Of a stretch of 64,000 nucleotides of DNA, positions 1-13,676 are shown in pieces. A program made the translations under genes and the position numbers. Origin of the DNA: Octopus sinensis (lineage: Eukaryota); NCBI RefSeq assembly GCF_006345805.1, contig NC_043002.1, forward strand, positions 60,698,001 to 60,762,000, read 5' to 3'. The first letter of the stretch is position 1; each line of letters begins with the position of its first letter. The notes below the pieces were generated by a model. It saw nothing but the letters and a program-made list of their open reading frames with translations. It was not told where the DNA came from and did no database searches.

Positions 1-386
1 ACCGCCTTTAGTCGAGGGAGGTAAGTAAATCGACCCCAGTACTTATTCTATCGGTCTCTTTTTGCCGAACCGCTAAGTGACGGGGACGTAAACACACCAG
101 ATCAGTTGTCAAGCAATGCTAGGGGGAGGGACAAACACACACACACAAACACACACACACACACCACACACAACAGATATAATATATATATATATATATT
201 ATAATATATATATAATACATATATACGACAGGCTTCTTTCAGTTTCGTCTACAAATCCACTCACAAGCATTGGTCGGCCCGGGGCTATAGCAGAAGACAC
301 TGTCCAAGATGCCACGCAGTGGGACTGAACCCGGAACCATGGGTTGGTGAGCAAGCTACTTACCACATAGCCACTCCTGTGCCTAT
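1..386 (-). mobile_element. tRNA-derived SINE, family A (CORE-like body, internal microsatellite); 3' end cut by window edge
   Basis: Minus strand reads A box TGGCTATGTGGT and B box GGTTCAGTCCC, then a body shared with copies at 9711, 26169, 28448. Confidence 0.85.
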
Positions 387-606
387 CTTTGTAAAAATAA
401 TTTGCGACATACATCAGGTCCCCAGAAGACCCCAAAAATTCTTACCTTACGACTGAGTTTCAAAAGTCTTCAATTTAAGACGGCTTTCAAAAACATGTCT
501 TACATCTTCGGTGTCAACACAACTCTAATTCGCACATGCGCAACGAGGTAAGCAAGGTACTTACAACACAGCCAATCCTGCTCCTATGGATATAGAATAT
601 ATATAC

Positions 607-645
<39 letters not shown>

Positions 646-649
646 TATC

Positions 650-687
<38 letters not shown>

Positions 688-698
688 ATATATATATC

Positions 699-730
<32 letters not shown>

Positions 731-779
731 TATATAACGGGAAGCTTATGAAAATAAACAAAAGACGAAGGCAGGTGGA

Positions 780-1320
780 AAACAAACGAACAATTGTATT
801 AGTATGGCGCTCAGGAAATATAAATAAAACAAGTCTTTAACGTTTCGAGCCTACGCTCTTCAACAGAAGATACACAGAGAGAAGAAATGCAGAAGAAGGA
901 GGAGAAAAAAAATGCGTGCAGTAGCTAACGAATCAACATGGCGATCTGATTCGGCCAGAGGTCAAAGATCAAACATGAGACGCGAAAGCGAAATAAGGGG
1001 AGATAATAGGGTGATAAAGGGTTGAGGGACCAGCTAATATGCGTAGGAGGGGTCTGGAGGGGTTGTGTGTATGATAGGGTTGGTGTATGTATTAGTATGT
1101 ATAAGGGGTGTGTGTGTGTGTGTGTGTGTATGAGAGAGTATTAGTGCGTAGGATTGGTCTGGACGTGCGTATGTATGGGGTTGGTGTATGTATAGTATGT
1201 ATTAGTATGTATTAATACATATTGGTATGTATAAGTGTGTGTGTGTATGAGAGAGTATAAGTGCGTATGCGGGGTCTGGACGTGTGTATGTATAGGGTTG
1301 GTGTATGTATTAGTATGTAC
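780..1320 (-). mobile_element. Probable PLE terminal-repeat relic with hammerhead-like motif and degenerate ~110-bp tandem units
   Basis: Shares TTTCCTGAGCG with the 40561 element; hammerhead-like core at 833-871; three degenerate units starting near 1041, 1147, 1263. Confidence 0.5.
833..871 (-). ncRNA. Minimal hammerhead-like motif (variant core CUGUUGA)
   Basis: Minus strand: tctt CTGTTGA A GAGC gtag GCTC GAAA CGT T aaaga; 4-bp stem II, ACGU palindrome at stem III. Confidence 0.5.
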
Positions 1321-1395
1321 TAGTATGTATTAGTACTATATATATATATATATGTATGTATGCATCTATGTAAACATATATATATAATATATATA

Positions 1396-1449
<54 letters not shown>

Positions 1450-2623
1450 AATATACATATATAGGTATATGAATATATATGTGTATATATATTTCGTCAT
1501 AGAGTACAGTGTGCGTGTGTGTGTGTGGTGTATGCCATGGCCGACAGATGCTTCTTTTGTAACAAATAATAATTAGCACATCGAGCTTATCTTGGGTGTA
1601 TTGTTTTTGACGCTTTCAACAACTGTAAACTTCCAGAAAATTTCATTTCCCTTGGACGAGAATTGCATCAAAATTCTATTATCGGTTGACAAATTTCATC
1701 ACCACACCGGCGGATGCCCCTAGCATATCACGTGGTTTCACTCCATTGCGGATCAGATACAAAAAAACGCCTGACATTTTTCCTGAGCATCTAACTAAAA
1801 CAAGCATGATTGTTGTTCATTCACCTCTCTCTGTCATTTGTTATTTCCGTTTTCATATGCTTTATGAACAATATGTATGTATGCATGCATGTGTGTGTGT
1901 GTGGTGTGTAAGTATGTGAATGTTTGTATGTACGATAATTATTTTGTACCTTATCTATATATAAAAGACTATAATTAGCCGCCGATACTGACGGCACATG
2001 TTCAGCTAGTGAGTATATAATACACATATACATGTGGCCATGTGTGTGAATTGATATTCTTCCAGTTCTTAATACTTTCAGTCACTGCTATTATGCAGTG
2101 TAATCGCCATGATGGTTTCATTGGAATAAATCTACCTATAGATTTTTTCGAAAAGTTTCCTACTTTCTTTCGGTAATTTTGAACAAACAGCTACATTACA
2201 CAGACGTAACCAAACCTACGTCGGTTGTCAAGCTGTGGTGTGAGCCATGACACAAACGAAAATGTACACACATCCATACACACGTACACATACACAAACA
2301 TATGTGTACATATGCTTATACATATGTTTTTACATATGTTTGTACATATGTGTACATATGTTTGTACATATATGTACATATGTGTACACAAATATACGTG
2401 TACATACGAAGGATTTCCACAAAAATTTCCAGCGATCAAATTCATTGAAAAGGCATCGGTCGGCCATTGTAGGAGAAATTTGGCCAATGTGTCATGCAAT
2501 TACTGAACCGGCAACTAAAAACTAATCGAGATTCTTAACCATACATGCACAGACATACACCACACATGTGTATGTATGCATATGTTATATATTATATATA
2601 TTCAAAATGTAACCAGATGTGAA

Positions 2624-2800
2624 TCGTTGGCGATTTTCTTCCTCCGGCTTCCATTCTATTGGACTTTCCTCTGTTTCCGAACAAGAGCGTCTGCTCGAAA
2701 TGTTAAACCATCATTCTTTCCTTTCCTCGGCGTCTGCTAATACATTACATGTGCCACGTCCTCGCCTTGTAGCTTTTAGTGCTTGTTCTTCTTTGGATTT
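2624..2800 (+). mobile_element. ~180-bp PLE-terminal-repeat-like element with decayed hammerhead
   Basis: Homologous to 21704-21889 and 40561-40768; gttt CCGAACA A GAGC gtct GCTC GAAA TGT T aaac. Confidence 0.7.
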
Positions 2801-3129
2801 ATATATGTGTGTGTGTGTGTGTTCTTAGTTCAGGCTTCTGATTATGCTTGGCCAAAATATCACTTGAGTGTTTCCAGCAATGGCTCTCTGAAACTTGGCT
2901 CTCCTCCAAGTTCTCTGGTTTGCAACCTGTTCACTCAGGCATTTATTATGTCTTGAATGGGACAAGACAGTCTAGTTTACTTTTCGAGGGTTACGCTTCA
3001 TTTTAAAGCACGTTTCACATTTTGAGATTAGTGACAGCAGAAACTTGCCATTGGCTTTAACCATGCGCTTCTTAAGTCCAACATAAATGTTGAAACTGCC
3101 AACTTCACCCTTCATGATAAGGACTTTTC

Positions 3130-3262
3130 AAAAGAGACCGATAGAATAAGTACTAGGATCATGAAAAATAAGTCCTGGGATCGATTTAGTCGACTACAGG
3201 CGGAGTTCCAGCATGGTTGCAGTCAAATGACTGAAACGAATAACAAAAAGAATAACAAAATA
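3130..3262 (+). mobile_element. SINE family A, 3' half
   Basis: aaagagaccgatagaataagtactagg...aataagtcctggg matches the 3' part of other copies. Confidence 0.75.
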
Positions 3263-4387
3263 AGTTCTATGTATATATATTCTATGTTTGATTGAGAGAA
3301 TATGAAACAGTTTGCATTGCCAAACGCACGAAGATCGGGAATTAGAACCACCATGCTGCACCTACCGAAAATAGCTATATCTATAACATGTATAACATGT
3401 ATAACATGCATGTCAGTGCTGGTTTCTCTGAATTAGTTGTTTGAGGTCGATAAATAACATTAATTTCATTACTGTTCAGTTAACAAAGTTGGAGTCAAGT
3501 CTTTTCCATAGAAGAACAAAAGGGATCACAGTGTGGCATTGTTTCAACTAACACTATCTCATCTATGCCAACATCGATACCATATAATGAAAGGATTCCA
3601 TTATATCGTTCAGATTCGGACTGCAGCATATCTTGGAAAAAATCTTGATGTGGGTGTTATGTAATTTCATATAACGCAATCATGGCGATCCGTTTATCTT
3701 CTCGATCTCCCTCTCTCTATTATTGTCTTTCTTTTTATCTTTCTCTGTCACTTTGTCAATATCCGCTTCTCCCACTCTCCCTTACTAACACTGTCTCTTC
3801 TCCTTTCTCTTTCTTCTTTCCACTCTCGATTACTTCTTCCATAAGACCAACATACACACACTCTCTCTCTGTCTTTCTTGTAATGGCTGCCAACTATTTT
3901 TAATATCAAGGCTTTCTCATTACAGTTGATCTCTATCATCCGCCATCAATTCTGTTATCTCTCTTTCTTTCTAACTCTGTTTATCAATATAGCCATAGAT
4001 TTACTTTTCTACCCTTCTCACTCACATTTACTCAACACCACTACGCGCACTTACACAAACGTATACACACACAAACACACGAATATGCGTACACACTCAC
4101 ACAAACAGACATACACATATAACGGCAATGAACAAACGGCTAAGTGTACGCGCACATCTGTACATATAAATAAAAACGCACTCACTTGTTACTATATACG
4201 AGAATGTGTGTACATGCATAGACACACACATATATATATATATACATACACATCATACACACAGATGTATATATATACTCATACACATATATACGCATAT
4301 ATATATATATATCTGTATATATATATATATATCTGTGTGTGGTATATATATATATATATATCAATGTACATATATATATGTACATGT

Positions 4388-4436
<49 letters not shown>

Positions 4437-4439
4437 ATA

Positions 4440-4486
<47 letters not shown>

Positions 4487-5303
4487 ATATATAAAAAATA
4501 TATATATATGTATATATATGAATATACATATATACACTCTCCCACACACATACTTACACACACATGCAAAAACACACCACACACACACACAAAGGCAAAC
4601 ACATGCCTAAATAGACACATATATAAAGGTCCACATGCACCTATACATACAGTGTCTTGCATACAGACACACATACACACGCATGAGTGTAGAAACTATC
4701 TGCTGCAACCATCTTCATGATATTTGATATTCTGTTATTTATTTTCTATAGATTGAAACTTCTTCTTCTTGGTGCATTATCACGAGAAATACAAGAGATT
4801 CAATGGTGTTTACATCGGGGTAGTTTGCGTTGGCATTCTCCGAAGCAATGAAACGCACTGCTTGCTCTAAACGCTGTATCCCAGAGCGAAATATATAAAT
4901 GATATGAAATGGAACGACATACTTTATCTAAAATCACTACAATTGTTTCCACACCGTTACATCCGTCGCAATTCGACGAGACGGTATGTAGATATCGTCA
5001 TGCCTCCAAAGTGTAAAATGCACTTCGTTAGTTGATTTGTTAAAGAAGACCTTCGTTAAATCCTTCCGTCATTTCAATCAGTGTGAGAATGCTTGTATGA
5101 ATGTAATAAGTACAGATATATGTCTAAATTCTTATAAGAATGTAATAAGCAAGATATATGTCTAAATACATTTAGACGTATATCTGACTCTTGGGATGCC
5201 AGTATGTGCGTGAAGGTGGTAAATCATATTTAATCGACGAGGTATATACACCATCCGCTGACTAGAGAGCCCTAAAAAAAATACAACATTCAGGCATTGG
5301 GCT

Positions 5304-5340
<37 letters not shown>

Positions 5341-5517
5341 ATATATATATATATATATCAGCGGATGGTGTATATACATACAGGCGTAATTGCAAATGTC
5401 AAATGTTTACAATTACACTTGAATGGATATTAGGTGCATCGTCTGAAAATCTGCTGTCATAAACACACATGTATTCCCACGCGCGTAATGTATATGTAAA
5501 TATGTATGTATGTATAA

Positions 5518-5586
<69 letters not shown>

Positions 5587-5611
5587 TATATACATATATA
5601 CATATATACAT

Positions 5612-7080
5612 ATACTCAAATATATTCAAAGAGATTTTATCCTTTTGTTATATCATTCTTAATAATCTCATTGATCACCCTAAATGTTAACTTTATAGAA
5701 ATTGCTTGAAATGGTCTTTTGAAATTACTTGAATTATCCCTTTTCTTAAATGCGCTACCCTCCTGATCTTAGATTTTATAAGGGCCTTTATATAAGTAGC
5801 CCTTCTAATTAAGTACCTGTGGGACTATAAATATCATGTATGGAATAACAATGATAACTTCTAAAACCTATAATATGCATCTTAGGTTTACAATTAGAAT
5901 GTCCTATAACATCAATATTCCTTTAGCTAATACCTGGTATCACTCTTTATTGATACCAGCTAAATAAGTATATAAATAATTAGTTTTGTATACTTAAATT
6001 ATTATACATTTTCGATAAATCTTCTCTATTGACATAAATAATTTATATATGGTTTATCATGTTTTTTGTGATTAAGTCATTTTATTCCTTTTCTAGGTAT
6101 TCTGCCCTACCTGATTATTTTATTATTTTATCATTTTATAATAGCCTTTATTTATTTATAAAATAAAACTAATTTCTGTACCTTAATAAATTCATACTTA
6201 GCTTATATAAAACAATTCTGGTATATTCACAACTTAAAATAAACTGATTAGATTATAATTTAATTAATATACACTTAGCAGGTTATTTTACCACAGTACT
6301 CCTTTATTAAACACCAGTAAATACCAATTGATGAATCTTCACAGATACCATCTGCTAAGTTAGTATTTAAGTATATCATACGTATAAATATTAAAGTATT
6401 TCTAGATAATTTCTTTTCCTCTCTTTATTATGGTAAAAGTTTGGTATATACTCAAAAGTATTCAAAAAACTTTTTATCCTTTTGTTATAATATTCTTCGT
6501 AATAATCTTCTGAATAATCCTAAACTTTAACTGTATACAATATGACAATATTGTTTAAAATATTTTACTATAGTACCACATGATAAGATTTCCCCTGTTT
6601 CATTATCAATGGTCTACTATTGACTTGCCCCTTTAATTGTCAGCTAACATCTTGATCTAAAATTTCCTTTACTAAAGCCCGTTATATTGTTTCAAATAAA
6701 TTTTGATATTTTTTTTAATGACTATACCCACTATGATTTTTGTCGACTCCCTCAGCCCCCTTCCTAGCAAGCACTAATCCTTGTTCTCTTGGCCTTATAT
6801 ACAAAGATTTGATAAACTAGTCTCTAAATTAAAACTGACCCCATAAAACAGTGACAAGCAAAATCTGCAACAAGCCTTTCTTCATTATAACTTAGTAACT
6901 TCTAAGCTGTAGTAAAGACGGCATGTTCTTTGTCTATTTCCTTACCTTCTTGGAGATTTTAGGTAAAATTATACTAATGTGTCCATCTGTTTTAATTTAA
7001 TTAAATTCTACGTCTTAATGCAGCTGAGGATTGCTCTGCATTTAAACTGATGTAATGATTGCATTGAGATAACTAGGCTC
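5612..7080 (-). other. AT-rich unclassified segment with diverged internal duplication (offset ~837 bp); probable decayed coding/TE sequence
   Basis: 5612-5700 resembles 6447-6540 (tatactcaaa...ttttatccttttgttata); distal 150 bp recurs at 24190-24330; no long standard-code ORF. Confidence 0.5.
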
Positions 7081-7320
7081 TAACGTATCCTAAAATAGAA
7101 CATGATATAAATATCCATACACACAAACATACACACACACACACATGTATATATGTATATATATAGATAGATACATATATATATATACAGACGTAGCATG
7201 TGTGCATAAATACATGCATACATACAGACATGCGGACGTAAGTAGGTATTTATGCATAAATAGGTGTGAGGGTGAGAAAACCAATAGGGAGACAAATAGA
7301 CAGTCGGACAGAAAGACACA

Positions 7321-7322
7321 CT

Positions 7323-7379
<57 letters not shown>

Positions 7380-7471
7380 GTAGGTAGGTAGGTAGGTAGG
7401 TAGGTAGGTAGGTAGGTAAATGGATAGACAGACGGACAGACAGATAGATAGATTGATGGATAGATAGATTA

Positions 7472-7558
<87 letters not shown>

Positions 7559-7579
7559 TTAGATAAATAGATAGATAGT

Positions 7580-7653
<74 letters not shown>

Positions 7654-7800
7654 TGACGGCCAGGCAGACCGATAAATATAGTAGACAGACAGACGGACGG
7701 ACGGATGGACGGGCGGACGAACGAATGGATAGATTGCTGGATAGATGGTTGGATGGGTGGGTGGATATATGGTCAGATGGTTGGATGGATATATGGATAG
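7321..7800. repeat. Compound tetranucleotide microsatellite (GATA)n-(GGTA)n-(GATA)n-(GGAC/GGAT)n
   Basis: Read directly. Confidence 0.95.
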
Positions 7801-9710
7801 CATATTTATAACTGAAGTACTTTTATTAATTTTCATAAAACAAATTTAGTCTTTGAAATGCCTCCCGAGATTTGATCGAATTTTATATCATGTCTTATGA
7901 GAGACAAAAGATAATGATGTTAAACCTTCCCCCACCCGCACCCTTTCTCTGCTTTCTTCTTATTTGCTACGTTGATTGTCGATCAGTTGACATGATATCT
8001 GAATAGCTACTGTGTCGAAGTAGTGCATTCTTAAGACTGAAGTTTTGAATATAACGTATACATAAAGTGGACATCGCATGAACTGACAGATACTTAAAGA
8101 TTGCTAAAGATTTGATTCAGCGCATAACTAAAATTGAAGCAAATATAAATAGACTAACAAGTATTTTGTTATACGCCATTGCTTGAGTGAAAACGAATGT
8201 AGTTTATTTTTATCTTCAAAAGAAGCTCGGCAACCGCAAACCACAATAATGCTTTCATTACATTAAACAACAACAGCAACAACAAAAATAAATATTTTGC
8301 TTTTCTATTTAAATTTTATTTATTATGCTTAACGTTTAGTTGTTTGTTTTAATTTTTGAATTTTTGTTGTTTCTTTTCTTTTTATTAACAGCGCTGAAAG
8401 TCATTTAATTTCATGGTATCTTTAAAACAGTAATGCACGGCTATAATTGCTATTTTATCTCTTTATAAAATATCTTCCCAAACTTCCGTTCGTTTCTCTT
8501 GAAATTAAAATATATACACCAAACGAAAATAGAATAAAAATAAATAATAAAACAATGAAATAAAATAATTGTTTCTATATAAAGTGAATGGTATGGGGGG
8601 GGCTGCTGATTGGCAGCAAGCTCCCAGAGAGGGGATCGAATAATATAGGTTCTCTTTCTTCTTGAAACATTTAAATTTCTGAGCAATCCACTCATATTCA
8701 TTATTCAGAAAGAACAAATTTATTATTACTTATCACTAACAGGAACACCGCTCTCAGTGCAATTTTCTGTCAGTTGCTAAATGATATTTAGACATTCGAT
8801 ACCCAATGTGCGCAGTTTTTCTGATATGTTGCGTTTAATTTCCCTTTGTCTTTTATTCGCCTAAAAGCATTCAACTCGCTGAATAAATAAATTCAAAATC
8901 ACTTTTCTTCTTCAAAGACCCCCTAATGAATATTAAATGAGGCTGGAATCAATACAATTTGGCTGACACTGTACTAAAAGTATAGTTTGGAGATATGGTT
9001 TTATTGATATTTCAGTAGAAAGATGCGTCAGGAAGTGTAAGAGAGAGATAGTAATGAAACAAAGACGAGAAGCTAACTCCGAGTGTAAACAGCAACAGTA
9101 ACTTGCCATGAATTAATATCATTTTTCTCTATCTGAAACTTGTAATCCCAAAAGAAGTTAAAAAAAAACCATTTTGATAAAAGTATATTAAGATAAGAAG
9201 CCCAGCCTCGGTTTACTAGCTGCTGATCAGAAACGAGCAAATCTTCCTACTGGAAATCGGAACCTTTCAGTTATAGTGTATCAAAGAATACTCTACATTG
9301 TATTAGCTCCTGCAATATATCGCTACTGGTGAATCAACAGAGATTTATATACGTACATATATACATACATACACATATGTGTGGATATATGCGTATACAT
9401 ATCTATTTATCTATATCTATATATGTATCTATGTGTGTGTATGTATCGACTCACATAGAGATTATTGGAAACTATGACTGTAACGTTTAGCATCAATGTA
9501 TTCCCAGCATTCGATCCGGTTTCGACTCCCGCCGACGCAGGCGATATCCTTTTCTTTCAAGGCGGTGCTCCAGGATATCTGCAGTTAAATAACTGAAATA
9601 AATAAAAGCTCTTTAAAAATATATACACACACACTCACGCACACAAACACACACACACACACACATATGTATTTAAGTCTCAATATATATGTCTCTTTTT
9701 CTTAAAATTC

Positions 9711-9873
9711 AGGCGCAGGTGTGATTATATCTTAAGATAATTGCTTCTCAACCACTTGATTCCGGGCACAGTCCCACTGCGTGAAACGTTGGGCAAGTGT
9801 TTTCTACTATAACCCCGGGCCGACCAAAGCCTTGTGAATGTATTTGGTAGACGAAAACTGTAAGAATCCCAGC

Positions 9874-9915
<42 letters not shown>

Positions 9916-10148
9916 TGTGTGCGTGTGTGTGTGTATGTATATATATATATATATATAATATATATATGTATGTATTTCTGTGTCTGTGTTTGTACTCCAC
10001 CATTGTTTGCCAATATATGTTACTCTATTTACGCCCTTGTAAACTACCGGTTTGGCAAAAAGATATCGATAGAATAAGTACTAGGCTTACACAGAATAAG
10101 TCCTGGGGACGATGTGTTCGACTAAACAAATAAAAGAATAAAAGAATA
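9711..10148 (+). mobile_element. SINE family A, near full length, decayed head
   Basis: aggcgcaggtgtg head, ttgggcaagtgtttttctactata body, internal (TA)n/(TG)n, aataaaagaataaaagaata tail. Confidence 0.8.
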
Positions 10149-10738
10149 CCGGTGCTTAAACTTGATCGCGAATTATTAAACATTTTTGTTCATAACATCA
10201 TATTCGTCACATTCACTGAAAGGGCCTTTATGTTAGTGTAAGTAAAACCAATACCTTTATCGAGGAAGGTAGTGCAACAAAATATCCGACCAGTGATCCT
10301 GTGTCAAATCCTGACGGACGGCGCTATATAAAGGGGCCATCAGTAGAATAAACAATATTTCACAATATCATATAGAGGTTTTTCAGAAATTATGTATTAA
10401 ATAATAAAACAATCAATGACGTCATGTATATAATATAATGTAATACAAATTACACGTTGCTCATTGATGTATCATAAAGAGAATTGCAGAGAATTAAACA
10501 GACGAAACACAATAAGAAGCCGTATCTAATTCTTAGTGTTATCATTGATTCGGATGTTAATTTAAGCTGACTAAGCATGTGGTGTTATTGGCAGTTACTA
10601 TTCTCTATCTTATGCGATGTTTGTAAAGAAAATCCACTCTAGAAGAAATTACAGAAAGTGTGTTAGTGCAGTGAACGATTGCTATTGTTCCAAGACAAGC
10701 TCATGAAAATACACACACAATTTGACGTACACATACAA

Positions 10739-10817
<79 letters not shown>

Positions 10818-12194
10818 AGAGATGCACGTGTACATACATACATGAATAGATATAAAACATACATACATACAAAAATAGATAGATATAATACATACATATA
10901 TATGTGTTTGTTTGTGTGTGCTTAAACGATGAAGTTATGCAGTAGTTAAATAAACAGGGTAAATTCTCCACTGACTAAAAATGTTTTGAATAGACTTAAT
11001 CAATTCTCGTACCTTATTGGGTTCTCATAAGAGGTATCTACATCAATATCGCCGATGCCTGAGAGACAAACAGCCAATATGTTTATATACACGACAATTT
11101 AATTAGCTTCAGAGAATCGAAGCAACTTAATGCTTAATAGTTGATTTCATATGAGATGCCTATCAATTGGAATCTCAGAACACAAACTTAAGAAGTATAA
11201 GTTAAGTTATATGTGCCGTAGACGCCGAAGTATTCCATTGTAATATGTTTGTACTGAGCTAAGATATTTATTAAATTTCAAAAACAATAATCTTGTAGAG
11301 GATGAATAGATTTACAAATAAACATAAACCACACAACGATAAAAATATAGTTTGCGCTATTTCCAAAAATCTTGGAAACGGTTCAAGTAAATGGAATAAT
11401 ATAAAGGAAACGAAATAGTTTATCTGACACCCCAAAATCTACGTACATAAAAACTTTTGTCTGCACATTATCAAAGGAATGAACATTGCTCGAATGAAAT
11501 GAGAATATTTTTTTTCAACATGTGATTAGTAAACGAATTAACGGAACCGGGTACTTGAGTTTCAGACTACTAATTAAGCAAATTTACTATAATGATATAT
11601 TAAATTCTATAGAGAAAAAAAAACTCTTTAAAAATTATATGAGACACGCGCGCGAGCAGGCACCGACATACAGGTAAATGTTGTGTGTAGTTGGGTTCTT
11701 TGTGCTGGGTTCCTTGTGTTGGGTTCTAAGGTTTAATAGTAGGTTCTACTATGGCCCTCTAATAATGCGTACATTTTAACTATATGGCATACTTTAACCC
11801 CATCATCACTATAATTCTCTTCAAATGCACCACCTTTGAATCAATTAATTCGTAAAATACAGAAAAAATAGTAAAATAAATGCTACATTTGGAACATGGA
11901 TTAACAAGATGGAAGGTTTTCTTGTGGGCGAGGAATTACGTACATTTAATATGACACAATGCATTATCCAACCAACTGTATTTCAAAACAGGAAGGTTTG
12001 TATGAGACGCTTGAAGCAATATTTAGTTTGAGACTTGCAGACTACAGCAATTTCAGTGAAAGACAGCAAGAAGAATGGAATGCGGACATTTTTACTAAAT
12101 CCAAAGAACTTGTGAAATAAATATTAAAAAATCTAAGAATAAAACAGTTCTTTAATCTTTCAAAATGATTTTGCATTATTTGTTTTCATGCAAA

Positions 12195-12390
12195 TGTTAC
12201 AGTAGTAACAGTAGTAGTAGTAATGGTGGTGGTGGTGGTGGTGGTGGTGGTACTGACGGTGTTGCTTATGCTGCTGGTGCTGGTAGTGATGGTGGTGGTT
12301 GTGGTGGAGGTTGTAGTAGTAGCGGTGGTGGTACAGCATTAGTAGCAGAGATAGCGGCGGCAATATCATTATTATTATTATTATTATTAT

Positions 12391-12442
<52 letters not shown>

Positions 12443-12470
12443 TATAGTAGTAGTAGTAGTAATAGCAGCA
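12195..12470. repeat. Compound trinucleotide microsatellite (GGT)n/(TTA)n/(GTA)n
   Basis: Read directly; source of the poly-G/L/V ORF. Confidence 0.9.
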
Positions 12471-13380
12471 GTATTAATTTATTTAGATCTAGCTCGAATC
12501 TGCTCGAACTGAACTACGATGAAGACGTTCCCAGCTGTAAATAACACCATCTAATAATATAATCGTACAGAACTAATGCTATTTAATCTATTCACTCTTT
12601 CAAACACATTTTAATCATACAACCACACTTTTCTAAAAAAAGCCGTGTGTCACTTCAGTGGAGATTTAACTACAATTTCTAGCAGATTGTTTGACTACGT
12701 AGTGGTGTCCCATTTTTAGAAATTGTAGTTATACAATTAAACAGCACGTAACAGCATTTGTGGCCATTAAGTTGAACTAATTAAAATGATGAAGAAAGCG
12801 GTTAGTCAACTGAATAAAAGGACTTGAATTGTGGACGGACATAATCAGATTGCAAGTAATTTTTGAGTAAATCTAACTGCATTCACATCTGCGGACCGTC
12901 TCGAAGTCTCCTGATATTTGTCGAAGTTTACAATCGCCACCATTTTTCTTTTTCCAGTCTGGGGTTTTTGAAATAACTTCAAGGCTGAAGTGTCACAGGC
13001 GCATATTATCGGCAGGTTTTATAAATCGTAGTGAAATCTCTTACGTTACAACGAACCGTCCACATTCGTTCTCTCACAGTCAAAATTACACACTTCATCA
13101 GAGTTTACACAAGTGATATGGGACGGACGCTTACTTTTGAAGCTAAAATTAGAAGCGCGAGACATTATTGTATATGCGCCAGTGACTTAGTAAAAGAGTT
13201 AGGAGAGAAATTAATTATTTCTTCAAAAATAGAAAATCCAGTCTGCGGTCTACAGAGATATACGTGATTAGTCAGGTAGGTTGAATAACATCTCCTTCCA
13301 GCTTAATATTTCCTCTCCTCCTCCTCCTCCTCATCATCATCACCATCAACAACAACAACAACAACAATATAATCTCACTC

Positions 13381-13430
<50 letters not shown>

Positions 13431-13676
13431 AATCTAATTATGTTTCTATCTATACAATAACGTTCTACTTCATATGTATATATGTGTGTATGTGTGTGTG
13501 TTTGTATATATTACGAATTTATGTATGTATAAAGAGAGAGAAAGAGGGAGATAAAGAGAAAGAGAAATAGAGATCTATACAACTAAATACCAATGTACTG
13601 TTAACTCGTTTTCTTCCCTGAAGTTCTTTTTGTCTTTGTGCATCTAATAATGTTGATGGTATTATTTTTATTATTA

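Noticed and set aside
4752-4820. Possible small exon after acceptor ttttctatag
   Set aside because: Donor is weak, peptide unrecognised, no partner exons
12165-12512. Poly-Gly/Leu/Val ORF resembling a membrane protein
   Set aside because: Compound trinucleotide microsatellite
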